The notes under the pieces are model-generated. The model made no database searches and was not told the DNA's origin. It saw only the letters and a program-made list of their open reading frames with translations. Below, one piece after another: positions 1-9,504 of a stretch of DNA of 64,000 nt; the stretch's first letter is position 1, and every line of letters begins with the position of its first letter. Origin of the DNA: Desulfatiglandales bacterium. Its GTDB lineage: Bacteria; Desulfobacterota; DSM-4660; Desulfatiglandales; Desulfatiglandaceae. The translations under genes and the position numbers were made by a program. The stretch covers positions 2,944,001-3,008,000 of the forward strand of contig OY759599.1 of assembly GCA_963662465.1 (NCBI GenBank), in the 5' to 3' direction.

Positions 1-892
1 TATTCCCAACCTCCATACCTTCGTGGTGGGGATGCGGGATAAAAACGGGGACCTGAGCGATGATGTAAAGGCATCTCGAATCGCAGCCGAACATATCGGA
101 TGCACCCATCACGAACTGCTTTTCACCGAAGCGGAGTACCATGCGGCACTTCCCACGGTAATCCGGAAACTGGAGACCTATGATCCCTCCCTGGTGCGCT
201 GCGCCGTCCCCTGCTATTTCACCTGCAAGCTGGCCGCCGATTATGTGACCGTGGTCCTCACAGGCGAAGGGGCGGATGAACTGTTTGCGGGTTACCATTA
301 CATGAAACATTTCCCCTTTGACAAGCTGAATCAGGAGGGCAGACGATGCATCGGGAATGTTCACAACATCAATCTTCAACGGGCTGACCGTATGGGCATG
401 CTGTTCAGTCTGGAACTGCGGGTCCCTTTCTTTGATGTGAATATGGTGGATCTGTCCATGAAAATTCCGCCGGAACTGAAGATTCGCGAACACAACGGCG
501 CCAAGATCGAAAAATGGATCTTTCGAAAAGCCTTTGAGAATACGCATTATCTGCCCGATGAAATCCTGTGGCGATATAAAGTGCAGTATACCCAGGGCGC
601 GGGATGCGAAAGCATCGGCGAACAGATGGCGGAAGATGCCATGAGCGAGGATGAATACGCCCAAATCAGGGCTGAAAATCCCGATGCCGTTATTAACAGC
701 AAGGAAGCGGCCTATTATTTTAAAATTTTCAGGGAATTTCACCCGCAGGATTCCATCCTGGGGTCCATCGGCATCTGGACCGGTTTTGATTTTGCGGAAG
801 AACGGGAACATGTGAAGGGAACCGTGGACGGCGACCTGAAGCATGACCACACGGAGGAGATGGAAGATATGAAACAGGCCAACGCCGCTTAA
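1..892 (+). CDS. Asparagine synthetase-like protein, C-terminal synthetase domain (5' part lies outside the window)
   Basis: Motifs VVLTGEGADELFAGY, RADRMGM..SLELRVPF.D and EKWIFRKAF are typical of the AsnB synthetase domain; the frame is open to the window edge. Confidence 0.85.
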   Translation, partial: IPNLHTFVVGMRDKNGDLSDDVKASRIAAEHIGCTHHELLFTEAEYHAALPTVIRKLETYDPSLVRCAVPCYFTCKLAADYVTVVLTGEGADELFAGYHYMKHFPFDKLNQEGRRCIGNVHNINLQRADRMGMLFSLELRVPFFDVNMVDLSMKIPPELKIREHNGAKIEKWIFRKAFENTHYLPDEILWRYKVQYTQGAGCESIGEQMAEDAMSEDEYAQIRAENPDAVINSKEAAYYFKIFREFHPQDSILGSIGIWTGFDFAEEREHVKGTVDGDLKHDHTEEMEDMKQANAA

Positions 893-966
893 CATTGTTT
901 TATTCAAAAATAATTGCCCAACCCCCGCTGGGGTTTCGGGCTTGTTAGATTTCAGGAGTTTGTAAA

Positions 967-2298
967 ATGGCAATACCCACCCATTCAAAATATATCATCA
1001 TTGGCGCCGGCATCCACGGTCTCAGCACGGCCTGGCACCTGGCCAAAGAATTGAAGCAGAAAAAATCAGGCGATGGAAAAGACATACTGGTCATCGATAA
1101 AACCGCTATCGGCGCGGGCGCATCCGGCATTGCCTGCGGCGTTATCCGCAACAATTATTTTCAACCGGCCATGCGGGAACTGATGGCCCACAGCGTAAGG
1201 GCATGGGAGAAAGACACGGAGGCCTACGGTTTTCATCCGGTGGGCTACATGCAGATCTCCCCCGAATCCATGCATGCGGATGTGGCCGAAATCTACCAGC
1301 AGCAGAAAGATATCGGCTATGAATCCGCCTTTATCGAGGGTGAAAAGGTCTGTCTCAACTATATGAAAGAGAATATCTTTCATGACTGGCAGGCCAAGGG
1401 CATCACCTCAATACTGCACGAGAAAAAGGGTGGATATGCCAACCAGATGAAGTCCCTTTACCGATTGGCGGACAAAGCTGAATCCGAAGGGGTCCGCATC
1501 CTGACGGGGGTTACGGTTACCGGCTTCAAAACCGATAAGGATTCCGTAACGGCCGTGCAGACCTCAAAAGGAGATATTCAGTGCGACGAGGTTATCATCG
1601 GCCCCGGCCCCTGGGCCAAGGGCTTCTGGGATATGCTGGGCCTTCCCAACGAAATCGACATACTGGGACCGGATGGCGCAATGCACTCGGGAAATCAAAT
1701 GTGGACCTACCTTTGCCTCGTTGAGGGAACCCTTGGCGTAGATCCGGCGTATGCCATGAATAACCAGGGGGAAATGCCGCCGGTGATTCACGTGGATTCG
1801 GAAGCCCCGCTCTATTCCAGCGAGGATGGATCATTAATCACAGATCAAATGTGGGGCATCTATTACAAGCCCGACTTCGGCTTCGGCGGCGTTCAGGGAG
1901 GCGCAGCGCCTTACAAGGTCACTGGGGACGTGAAAGTGGATCCCTACGGCATCGACTCGCCTGATTTCACCGTCAACCCCGAATTTGTCCATATGTGGAC
2001 CTCCGCCCTGGCCCATTGCCAGAAACGCTACGAAGACAAGTATCAAATGTACAAAAATGAGCCTTCCGGAGGATTGGGTTGTTTTACGCCGGATTGCTTC
2101 CCCATTTTTGACGCCATGAAGCAGAATTGCTACATGATGCTGGATTCCAACCACGGCTATAAGATGATCGGCGTTGGGGAACTGGTCGCTAAAGAAGTTC
2201 TGGGAGAAAAACAAGCCTTGCTTGAACCCTTTCGATTTGATCGCTACAAAAAGGGCAAACTGCATCCGGTCTCCCACAGCCCTTTTCCCTGGAGTTAA
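967..2298 (+). CDS. FAD-dependent oxidoreductase, DAO/sarcosine oxidase beta-like family
   Basis: N-terminal IIIGAGIHGLSTAWHL dinucleotide-binding motif, GAGASGIACG, C-terminal FTPD..PI and NHGYK..GVG; AGGAG RBS. Confidence 0.85.
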   Translation: MAIPTHSKYIIIGAGIHGLSTAWHLAKELKQKKSGDGKDILVIDKTAIGAGASGIACGVIRNNYFQPAMRELMAHSVRAWEKDTEAYGFHPVGYMQISPESMHADVAEIYQQQKDIGYESAFIEGEKVCLNYMKENIFHDWQAKGITSILHEKKGGYANQMKSLYRLADKAESEGVRILTGVTVTGFKTDKDSVTAVQTSKGDIQCDEVIIGPGPWAKGFWDMLGLPNEIDILGPDGAMHSGNQMWTYLCLVEGTLGVDPAYAMNNQGEMPPVIHVDSEAPLYSSEDGSLITDQMWGIYYKPDFGFGGVQGGAAPYKVTGDVKVDPYGIDSPDFTVNPEFVHMWTSALAHCQKRYEDKYQMYKNEPSGGLGCFTPDCFPIFDAMKQNCYMMLDSNHGYKMIGVGELVAKEVLGEKQALLEPFRFDRYKKGKLHPVSHSPFPWS

Positions 2299-2331
2299 GT
2301 CCGGATTTAGGCTTGGCGTAGGATTAAACCC

Positions 2332-3180
2332 ATGGACATCACAATTCTCGGTTCAGGGGGGTGCATGGCAATTCCAAAACCCCTTTGCCGATGCCGGGTT
2401 TGCGAGGAAGCCAGATCCAGGGGCCGGCCTTATGAAAGGACCGGTCCATCCGCTTTTCTACACGATGAAAACCTCCTGATTGACACGCCGGCGGAGATTG
2501 CCCTTCAGTTGAACCGGGCAGAGATCAAAGACATCGATTATTTGCTTTTTACGCACCTTGATCCCGACCATGTTGAAGGGTTCAGGGTCGTGGAGCAAAT
2601 CACGCTGGATTTTCGCACCTGGAAAGCTTACGGGGGAAAGACCATCCGCTTGATCCTTCCCCGAGTCCTGAAAGAAAGGATTACGGAACTCAAAAGCATA
2701 TACGGCTCCTTTATTGATTTCTACGAACGTCAAGGCTTTGTCCAATGCATTGATTTTGATAAAAGAACCAGGTTGGGAGACACTGAAATAACGGCAATCC
2801 CCGTAAATCGCGGTTCCCAGACCTCTTTCGTTTATGTTTTTGAAAAAAATGACGTCAAAATGGTTTATGCGCCCTGCGACATCAAGCCCTTTCCGGAACA
2901 AAGGGATGAAGTCAAGAACCCGGACCTTCTCATCATCCAACCGGGAATTTTTGAGACGGGCCTCAAGCATGGTTTCACATATCCAGCAAGGCATATCTCA
3001 AGAAAAACCCTTTACACCTTTGAAGAAACACTTGCCCTGGCCCAAAGAATAAAAGCCCGAAAGATCCTTTTCGTTCACCTGGAAGAATATTGGAATCGCA
3101 GCTACGATGATTACCTGGCCATTGAAAAACAGCATGCCGGGATTCGGTTCGCCCATGACGGCATGCAGGTAAAACTATAA
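2332..3180 (+). CDS. Metallo-beta-lactamase fold hydrolase (PhnP/YycJ-like)
   Basis: ILGSGG, CxCxxC, LLIDTP, THLDPDH metal motif, C-terminal VHL and AHDGM. Confidence 0.85.
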   Translation: MDITILGSGGCMAIPKPLCRCRVCEEARSRGRPYERTGPSAFLHDENLLIDTPAEIALQLNRAEIKDIDYLLFTHLDPDHVEGFRVVEQITLDFRTWKAYGGKTIRLILPRVLKERITELKSIYGSFIDFYERQGFVQCIDFDKRTRLGDTEITAIPVNRGSQTSFVYVFEKNDVKMVYAPCDIKPFPEQRDEVKNPDLLIIQPGIFETGLKHGFTYPARHISRKTLYTFEETLALAQRIKARKILFVHLEEYWNRSYDDYLAIEKQHAGIRFAHDGMQVKL

Positions 3181-3193
3181 TAAAGGAGACAGT

Positions 3194-4384
3194 TTGGAAG
3201 CGATTAATGAAGTATATGACGAGGCTTATCTGAAAAAAATCCACCAGGACGCCCTGCGGGTTCTGGAGGAGGTGGGCGTAAAATGCAAGTCCCTGGAAAT
3301 TCAAAAAATTTTTGAAGATACCGGTATGGCCGCCTATGACGATACAACCGGACATATTCACATATTGAAACCCCTGGTGGAACAAGCACTGGCAATGGCC
3401 CCCAAGCGAGACCAGTACTGGATTCCCGAAGATGCCTTCGGCGTCGGGGGGACGGCGCCTTTCGTCTACGATGATCAAACCGGAGAACTGATACCGCCCA
3501 CTTTTGCACATATGGCAAAAATCGCATCCGTTGTCGATGAATCCGATGAAGTGGCGTTTATGGCCAGGGGCGTACTCGTTCGAAACGAGGAGGCCAGGGT
3601 GATGGACACCCTTGTTGAACATTGCCGAAAGCCCCTCTACGTGGCCGCCGTCACAGAGAAAGGCATCGCCCGTGCCGAAGAAATTTTTCAAAGCCGGGGC
3701 AACCTGACCCTTCAGTTTTCCATTATCAACAGTCCCCTGAACGTCATTGAAAGCATGATTGAGCCGTTTCTATCCTGCGTTCGCAAGGGACTCCCCATCT
3801 ATGTCTCCACCATGCCCATGGCGGGCCTTTCCGGTCCCTATTCCATGTCGGGACTTCTTACCCTGACCCATGCGGAAGGGCTGTTCGGCATCACCCTGGC
3901 GCAATTGGTAAATCCCGGCATCACCGTGGTTCATGCCGGCCTGCCGTCCATCGCCAATATTCAGAAAAACTATGCCGTGGACCTGGGGTTGATCAGCCAT
4001 AACGTGGCCAACCTGCTCATGGAAAAAGTCAATAAGCGCCTGAACATTCCTTCTATTCAAACCGCCTGCACCACCAGCCAGGGAAAACCGAACCTGTTGG
4101 CCGAAGAAGAAGCCATAAACGGTTTTGCCCTCATGAAAAAATACGGCTTTCACCAAATGCGCCATTGCTTTGGCTTTTTAAGTGAGTTAATCTCTTTTTC
4201 AATCCACAAACTGGAACGTCATGTGGCGCTCTGCAGGGAAACGGATCCGGAAAAGGCGCCTCTCATTGAAAGAGAACCCTATGACCCGGAAGGCTTTGAT
4301 GCCATCAAGCGAAACAGCAGCCAACCCAATTACATGCGGGACGACCATACCCTTAAAAACACCGGGAAGGCTTTTTTACATTAA
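3194..4384 (+). CDS. Trimethylamine methyltransferase (MttB superfamily), non-pyrrolysine
   Basis: KIHQDALRVLEEVGV N-terminus, IINSPL, MPMAGLSGP.SMSG.L.L.HAE.L.GITLAQLVNPG; no in-frame amber; TTG start with AAGGAG RBS. Confidence 0.8.
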   Translation: MEAINEVYDEAYLKKIHQDALRVLEEVGVKCKSLEIQKIFEDTGMAAYDDTTGHIHILKPLVEQALAMAPKRDQYWIPEDAFGVGGTAPFVYDDQTGELIPPTFAHMAKIASVVDESDEVAFMARGVLVRNEEARVMDTLVEHCRKPLYVAAVTEKGIARAEEIFQSRGNLTLQFSIINSPLNVIESMIEPFLSCVRKGLPIYVSTMPMAGLSGPYSMSGLLTLTHAEGLFGITLAQLVNPGITVVHAGLPSIANIQKNYAVDLGLISHNVANLLMEKVNKRLNIPSIQTACTTSQGKPNLLAEEEAINGFALMKKYGFHQMRHCFGFLSELISFSIHKLERHVALCRETDPEKAPLIEREPYDPEGFDAIKRNSSQPNYMRDDHTLKNTGKAFLH

Positions 4385-4403
4385 ACAGGGGGCATACAAA
4401 ATC

Positions 4404-5342
4404 ATGAAAGTCGCCATTTATCAAACATCGCCAATGCTGCTAAACCTTCAAGCCAACCTGGAGGATGTGCTGCAAAAAATTCATGAGGGAAAAGAAAAAG
4501 GCGCTCAACTGATTATTTTTCCCGAACTGGCACTGACCGGATATTTTGTGGGCCAACGATATCATGAAGTGGCCCTCAGGATGGACTCCGGGGAGATTCA
4601 AAAAATTGTTTCCGCCACAAAAGGCACGGCGGCCGTGGTGGGCTTCATCGAAGAATCTCTTTCCATGAATTTTTATAATTCGGCCCTGGTCGCCATTGAT
4701 GGAAAGCTATTGTTTGCCTATCGAAAACTCAATCTGCCCAACTACGGGGTCTTTGAGGAACGTAAGTACTTCTCTCCCGGAAAGCGGGTACCTGTTTTCC
4801 GGTTGAATAACATGAATATCTCAATTTTTATCTGCAATGACCTGTGGCATCCGTCGCTTCCCTATCTGGGAGTGGCGCAAAAAGCGGATGTGTTTGTCAC
4901 CCTGTTCAATTCCAGTCAGGGATCCATGGGAACGGAATTCTGCAACATTGAAAGCTGGAACATCATCAACAAATTCTACTCCCGTATTTTCGGCATATAC
5001 AACCTCTGCGCCAATCGCGTGGGGGAAGAAGCCTGGAATGAACGGGATTCCATGTTGGCCATTGAACACCCTCAGGATAGCGCCCCTTTGACAAAAACCC
5101 TGGAGCATATAAAAGTCCCTTTCAAGTTCTGGGGCGGAAGCGAAATCATCAATCCTTTTGGTCAGCAGATCGCCAAGGCGGCTCTTTATGAGAAAGATGC
5201 GATTTTCGGGGAAATCTCAAAAGACCTGCTCCGTCAAAAACGGATACTGTTGCCCTACCTCCGAAACGACGACCCATTTTTCATCCACCGGGAACTTCAG
5301 CGCATCTTGTACAACAAAGAAAAAAGAGATCATACCTTGTAA
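4404..5342 (+). CDS. Carbon-nitrogen hydrolase (nitrilase superfamily), similar to the NAD synthetase glutaminase domain
   Basis: FPELALTGY, YRKLNLPNYGVFEE and ICNDLWHP give the E-K-C triad; start moved to MKVAIYQ at 4404. Confidence 0.85.
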   Translation: MKVAIYQTSPMLLNLQANLEDVLQKIHEGKEKGAQLIIFPELALTGYFVGQRYHEVALRMDSGEIQKIVSATKGTAAVVGFIEESLSMNFYNSALVAIDGKLLFAYRKLNLPNYGVFEERKYFSPGKRVPVFRLNNMNISIFICNDLWHPSLPYLGVAQKADVFVTLFNSSQGSMGTEFCNIESWNIINKFYSRIFGIYNLCANRVGEEAWNERDSMLAIEHPQDSAPLTKTLEHIKVPFKFWGGSEIINPFGQQIAKAALYEKDAIFGEISKDLLRQKRILLPYLRNDDPFFIHRELQRILYNKEKRDHTL

Positions 5343-5371
5343 CTACTTTCTACCTACAAAACAATAAATTT

Positions 5372-7543
5372 ATGACAAATACGAACCGGGCTTGCCCTCC
5401 AATTGTCCCAACGAGGAAATTCATGCATCGAAAATTCCGGTACACACTTTTAAAAACCGGGGGCCTTTTGGCGGTCCTGGCATTATGTTGCACTGCTTTT
5501 GCCTCGCCATCTTATTCATCTTCCCAAAATACGAGCGAATCGATCCAACGTAAAACGCTGAAAAAATCGACCCCCGTAGAAACCGGGCGCAATCTCCGGC
5601 AAACCTTTGAAACGCTGACGAACACCATGTTCAAATACGAGAGAGGCCTGCATGGGGACGTGAGCCTTCTTTACAATTTAATCGAAGTTCCGAGTTCCGT
5701 AAAAGCCAATTTTCGCGACCAATACCTGATCAGCACGGCGAATCGCCTCTATTTGATCCTGCAAAATATCGATTATGATCCTGAAGAGGACATCCCTGAA
5801 AACGTTTCAGACTCCCGAACCAATATTACCCTCGGCCGACAAGACGGCCTGCAGGTGACATTTCAAATGACGCGAACACAGGGAGGGCAATGGCGGTTTG
5901 CCGCTGAAACAGCGGATGACGCTGAACTCAAAACACTACACAAAGAACTGAAAGACAAATACGAAAAGCTTTCCAGGGCAGACATGGAAGGCGATACCTT
6001 TGAGCCGGACCTGATGTCGCCCTACCGTACCGTTCGGACATTGTTTAACGGGGTGCTGGGTCAGGGTGGCTTTACCCTGGATGATGCCACCCTGACCCTC
6101 GATCTTTCAAAACTGGATCCGCTGGTTCGGAAACCCTTGGGCCGGTTCATTGCGGTGGCGCTTTATCGCATCCTCAAGTTCCGCTCGCCGTTGAACATGG
6201 CCCAGCTTTCCGCGTGCCCACAATATGAAAAATCCCCGATTTTGCTGATCGATCCAAAATACGGCGTCATATCCATGCATGTGTTCAAAGATCCGGAAAC
6301 CGGCATCAAAGCATGGAAATTCACCCCCGGCAGTCTCCAGGTGGCCACGAAATCCTACGATGCCTATATGTCCGAAGGAATGGCTGAACGCCTTCAAAAA
6401 GAAAGAATAATGCACGCCGGCAAAGATTTTCCCATTCAAATTCAAGTGGACGACTGGGTAGAAAAAAATATTCCGGGGCTTGAAAGAATCATCCTGGGCC
6501 TTGCCATCTGGAAATGGTGTATTCTGGCGTTTCTGCTGATTCTAAGTCCCATACTGCTGTGGCTGATCCGTTTTATCATTCAAAGAACCCGCGGCATCAC
6601 CCGCAACCTGAATACACAAAACATTTCACGCAGACCTGAATCCCTGATCCTGCCGCTACAGATTCTCCTGCTGGGATGGCTTTGGCTACAGGGCATCATG
6701 CTGGTCAAAACCAACCCCGACCTGCTCAAGTTTGCACTGCTGCTGTTGGATTTGCTGATAATCATCACCACCGTGTGGATTTCATGGATCGTGGTGGAAT
6801 TTGTTTCCCAGTTGCTCATGGGCGCAGACCGATCCAATGTCAAGGGGACAGTCGTACTGGTCGTTAGCCGCATTGTTAAAATCGCACTGGTGGTGAGCGG
6901 GCTTGTCTATCTGGCCTCCCTTTTCGGCCAGGACAGCTCCAGGATATTGACGGCCCTGGGCATCGGCGGCGTGGCCCTGGCCCTGGCAGGAAAAGATACG
7001 GTTGAAAACATCTTCGGCACCTTCATGATCCTTTCCACAACCCCCTTTTCAATCGGAGACTGGATTAAAGTGGATGATTTCGAGGGAACCGTGGAAAATG
7101 TGGGAATTCGAAGCACTGCCATCCGCACTTTTTACAACTCTCTGGTCAACGTACCCAATGCCACTTTTATCAAAACACCGGTGGATAACATGGGCAAACG
7201 GGTCTATCGCCGTTACAAAAGCACCATTCGGGTCAATTATCATACGCCGCCGGACCTGATCGTGTCCTTTATGGAAGGCATTCGGGAACTGGTTCGCAAT
7301 CAGCCCCTCACACGAAAAGACTATTTTCACATTCGGCTGAATGATTTCAGCCACTCCTCCCTGGAGATCCTGGTATACATTTTTTTCGATACCGATGACT
7401 GGACCCTTGAACTGGAAGGACGGGAGCGTTTTATCCTGGGGGTAGTCAAATTAGCGGAAACCATGGGCGTACGATTTGCTTTTCCCAGGCAAAATGTGAC
7501 CCTAACGCAGGAAAAGGCGCCGGAACCTATTTTGCGAACATAA
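5372..7543 (+). CDS. Large MscS-family mechanosensitive channel with periplasmic N-terminal region
   Basis: Signal-like segment, TM helices, ALGIGGVALALAGKDTVENIFG, PFSIGDWI, GTVENVGIRST, VPNA, FAFP; the start may be ~50 nt downstream. Confidence 0.88.
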   Translation: MTNTNRACPPIVPTRKFMHRKFRYTLLKTGGLLAVLALCCTAFASPSYSSSQNTSESIQRKTLKKSTPVETGRNLRQTFETLTNTMFKYERGLHGDVSLLYNLIEVPSSVKANFRDQYLISTANRLYLILQNIDYDPEEDIPENVSDSRTNITLGRQDGLQVTFQMTRTQGGQWRFAAETADDAELKTLHKELKDKYEKLSRADMEGDTFEPDLMSPYRTVRTLFNGVLGQGGFTLDDATLTLDLSKLDPLVRKPLGRFIAVALYRILKFRSPLNMAQLSACPQYEKSPILLIDPKYGVISMHVFKDPETGIKAWKFTPGSLQVATKSYDAYMSEGMAERLQKERIMHAGKDFPIQIQVDDWVEKNIPGLERIILGLAIWKWCILAFLLILSPILLWLIRFIIQRTRGITRNLNTQNISRRPESLILPLQILLLGWLWLQGIMLVKTNPDLLKFALLLLDLLIIITTVWISWIVVEFVSQLLMGADRSNVKGTVVLVVSRIVKIALVVSGLVYLASLFGQDSSRILTALGIGGVALALAGKDTVENIFGTFMILSTTPFSIGDWIKVDDFEGTVENVGIRSTAIRTFYNSLVNVPNATFIKTPVDNMGKRVYRRYKSTIRVNYHTPPDLIVSFMEGIRELVRNQPLTRKDYFHIRLNDFSHSSLEILVYIFFDTDDWTLELEGRERFILGVVKLAETMGVRFAFPRQNVTLTQEKAPEPILRT

Positions 7544-7731
7544 ATATAAAAATCAGAAGGGATACGCCCCCTTCAAAAACAAAGCAGGCATGCAGCGGAG
7601 TTTACTGATTCAGACGCTTAATATCGTGCGTGCAGTTTCAAGAAGTGGCGCCCTTAACAAAGCCACCACATTTCAGCATTTTGTCCAATCAATTCGGCGC
7701 TGGTTATTGCCGATGTTCAGTGAAAGAAAAT

Positions 7732-7935
7732 ATGACTTATTTTATTAAATCTACCACTCTTTTACTCACGCTTCTAAACCCATTCTTGATAATTATTTAC
7801 CTTGTTGATGTGATGCAAAAGCTTAAAAAAACAATTCCATCGCGTATTGGTCCGAGCTGCTCTGATTGCAATCACAGTTTTCTGCAGCTTCGCAATTCTT
7901 GGCGACACCATCTTCATCGGCTTAATGCAAGGTCT
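7732..7935 (+). pseudogene. MarC-family membrane protein, frameshifted 5' fragment
   Basis: MTYFIKSTTLLLTLLNPFLIIIYLVDVMQKL, then a frameshift in the A-run at ~7825-7831 to QFHRVLVRAALIAITVFCSFAILGDTIF; similarity ends just before the MITE. Confidence 0.65.
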
Positions 7936-7957
7936 TCGAACGTGGGCATACAAATTT

Positions 7958-8111
7958 GGTTCATTGCGGATTAACGTGAAATCGCGCTTTGGGTTGTTTC
8001 GGTTCGGGCTGTAGGTGCGACTTTAGTCGCACAGGGTAGGCTTAATGTGCGACTAAAGTCGCACCTACAATCGGCTCAGAAGCCAAATCTCACGCAAATC
8101 CACGATGAGCC
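7958..8111. mobile_element. 154-bp MITE-like element with ~25-bp terminal inverted repeats, 8-bp target-site duplication and an internal REP doublet
   Basis: ACAAATTT at 7950-7957 and 8112-8119; ends GGTTCATTGCGGATTAACGTGAAAT / ATCTCACGCAAATCCACGATGAGCC match 19/25 as inverted repeats; partial second copy at 25322-25406. Confidence 0.8.
8010..8069. repeat. GTAG-type REP doublet (REPIN-like)
   Basis: Perfect 24-bp inverted repeat TGTAGGTGCGACTTTAGTCGCACA ... TGTGCGACTAAAGTCGCACCTACA; each arm is itself a GTAG-footed hairpin. Confidence 0.85.
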
Positions 8112-8133
8112 ACAAATTTTAAGAAGCAACGAC

Positions 8134-8195
8134 ACCGAACAAGCCTTTTGCAGCGGACCGCAAAAAGCTGCGGCCGCTGAAAAGCACGGTTAGCC
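8134..8195 (+). other. Integron attC-like recombination site
   Basis: ACCGAAC-AAGCC-TTTTGCAGCGGACCGCA-AAAAGC-TGCGGCCGCTGAAAAG-CACG-GTTAGCC: AAC/GTT ends, long imperfect palindrome, two unpaired left-arm bases. Confidence 0.6.
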
Positions 8196-8393
8196 GCGAG
8201 GGAAAGGACAATCATTCCATAGAAGTGATACCCGCTTGTCCTCGACCGCCGCAATCTCGTTTTCCAGCACGCCGTGAATAACAGACAGCGCCCTAAGCTG
8301 GTTCACGTAGCATTCCAAGGGGAGCTTATGCTCAGCAAGGGCCTTGTAATATGGTAGTGACTCAAGTTTTGAATGATAGGCCTTTGTGTCCTT
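8190..8393 (-). pseudogene. Heme-oxygenase-like domain fragment
   Basis: Manual translation KDTKAYHSKLESLPYYKALAEHKLPLECYVNQLRALSVIHGVLE resembles heme oxygenase N-terminal helices; no start codon, in-frame TGA upstream. Confidence 0.4.
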
Positions 8394-8467
8394 TCAAGGT
8401 TCAGACAAAAGAGAAACTGTCCCGCCTTACGTCGGTAGCCGCCATAATAACTATTGGATACATTCCT

Positions 8468-8710
8468 TTATTGCGCCTTGGTCAACCGTTTTTCGTCCGC
8501 CCATCGGCGCATTTCATCCAAACTCTCCGCATCGAGGAACCGCTTCCCCAATTCCTCGATGGCCTCAACATTCAAGCCCTCAAACATGGGACGGGCCGTA
8601 TCAGCGGCAACTCGAAAACGTTTGGAAATTTGTTGACATAAAAGCGACAGGCTTCCCTGCAGCATCCCATCTTCTCTCCCAATTCTCTCGATACTCGTTA
8701 TATATGGCAT
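8468..8710 (-). CDS. Candidate nested small protein (RpnS-like, 80 aa) from an internal in-frame start
   Basis: GAGGAGG (8725-8719) lies 8 nt upstream of in-frame ATG 8710 (MPYITSIERIG...). Confidence 0.55.
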   Translation of the reverse strand: MPYITSIERIGREDGMLQGSLSLLCQQISKRFRVAADTARPMFEGLNVEAIEELGKRFLDAESLDEMRRWADEKRLTKAQ

Positions 8711-9415
8711 CTTTTTTCCCTCCTCATACTTTGACAATTCTTTCCAGAACAACCGTTCATGGGCCTCAGGAAGAGCCATCAACCAATCGATGAACCGGAA
8801 TAATTTGACGATATCCGCGCGGCTGTAACCGGCTGTATAGAGGTCTTTCACCAAAGCAAATTTTCGCTTGAAAAGTTCATCCGGGTCCTTTCCGGTCTCC
8901 AAAACCGACAAATGGGCACGAACCACCACAACAAATGGATTCCGTCCCGCATCCGCCAAAAGATCGGGGGTTTTCTGATAATCCAAAAGCTTGACAACCG
9001 GGTAACGAAACCGCATCTCGCAGCCCCAAAGGCTATAGGAGAACTCCTCGGGACGCCATTTCTTCGAATCATCCGCCAGAACCGCAAGGCTTACAACCCG
9101 CCGGTGGTAGCGATCAAAAATCCGGTAATTGTAAACAAACATCCTTTCTTCAAAATCCGGGTCCACCTGGGCCTGCACCTCGATATGCACCAGTATCCAG
9201 GCCTCCAGACCATCCAAAAGCCATACTTTCACCAGTTTGTCCACGGTGCGCCTGCCCACCTCCGCATCGCGGGTGATCTGCCGAAGTTCCTTCTCCAGGA
9301 ACTCATACCCCTTTTCCCAGTCAATCTGTTGGTAAGACTCAGGGAAAAACAGCGACATGAACGGCTCGAAGTAAACTTCCAAGATTTCTTTCCAGGGCGA
9401 ATCAAAATCAGTCAT
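8468..9415 (-). CDS. Rpn/YhgA-like PD-(D/E)XK nuclease with DUF4351-like tail
   Basis: DFDSPWKE, FLEKELRQI, VDKLVKV, LVHIEVQAQ..FEERMFVYNYRIFDRY, MPYITSIER; AAGAGGT RBS before ATG 9415. Confidence 0.85.
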   Translation of the reverse strand: MTDFDSPWKEILEVYFEPFMSLFFPESYQQIDWEKGYEFLEKELRQITRDAEVGRRTVDKLVKVWLLDGLEAWILVHIEVQAQVDPDFEERMFVYNYRIFDRYHRRVVSLAVLADDSKKWRPEEFSYSLWGCEMRFRYPVVKLLDYQKTPDLLADAGRNPFVVVVRAHLSVLETGKDPDELFKRKFALVKDLYTAGYSRADIVKLFRFIDWLMALPEAHERLFWKELSKYEEGKKMPYITSIERIGREDGMLQGSLSLLCQQISKRFRVAADTARPMFEGLNVEAIEELGKRFLDAESLDEMRRWADEKRLTKAQ

Positions 9416-9504
9416 GTTGAAATACCTCTTAAACGAAGTGAATGCCGGCAACCTTCAGCCACACAAAAAAGCCCTCTGAAACACCAATCCAAAAGGGCCC
9501 CTCC

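Noticed and set aside
3194..4384. Pyrrolysine read-through in MttB
   Set aside because: No in-frame TAG; the ORF ends in TAA and the next gene starts 19 nt later
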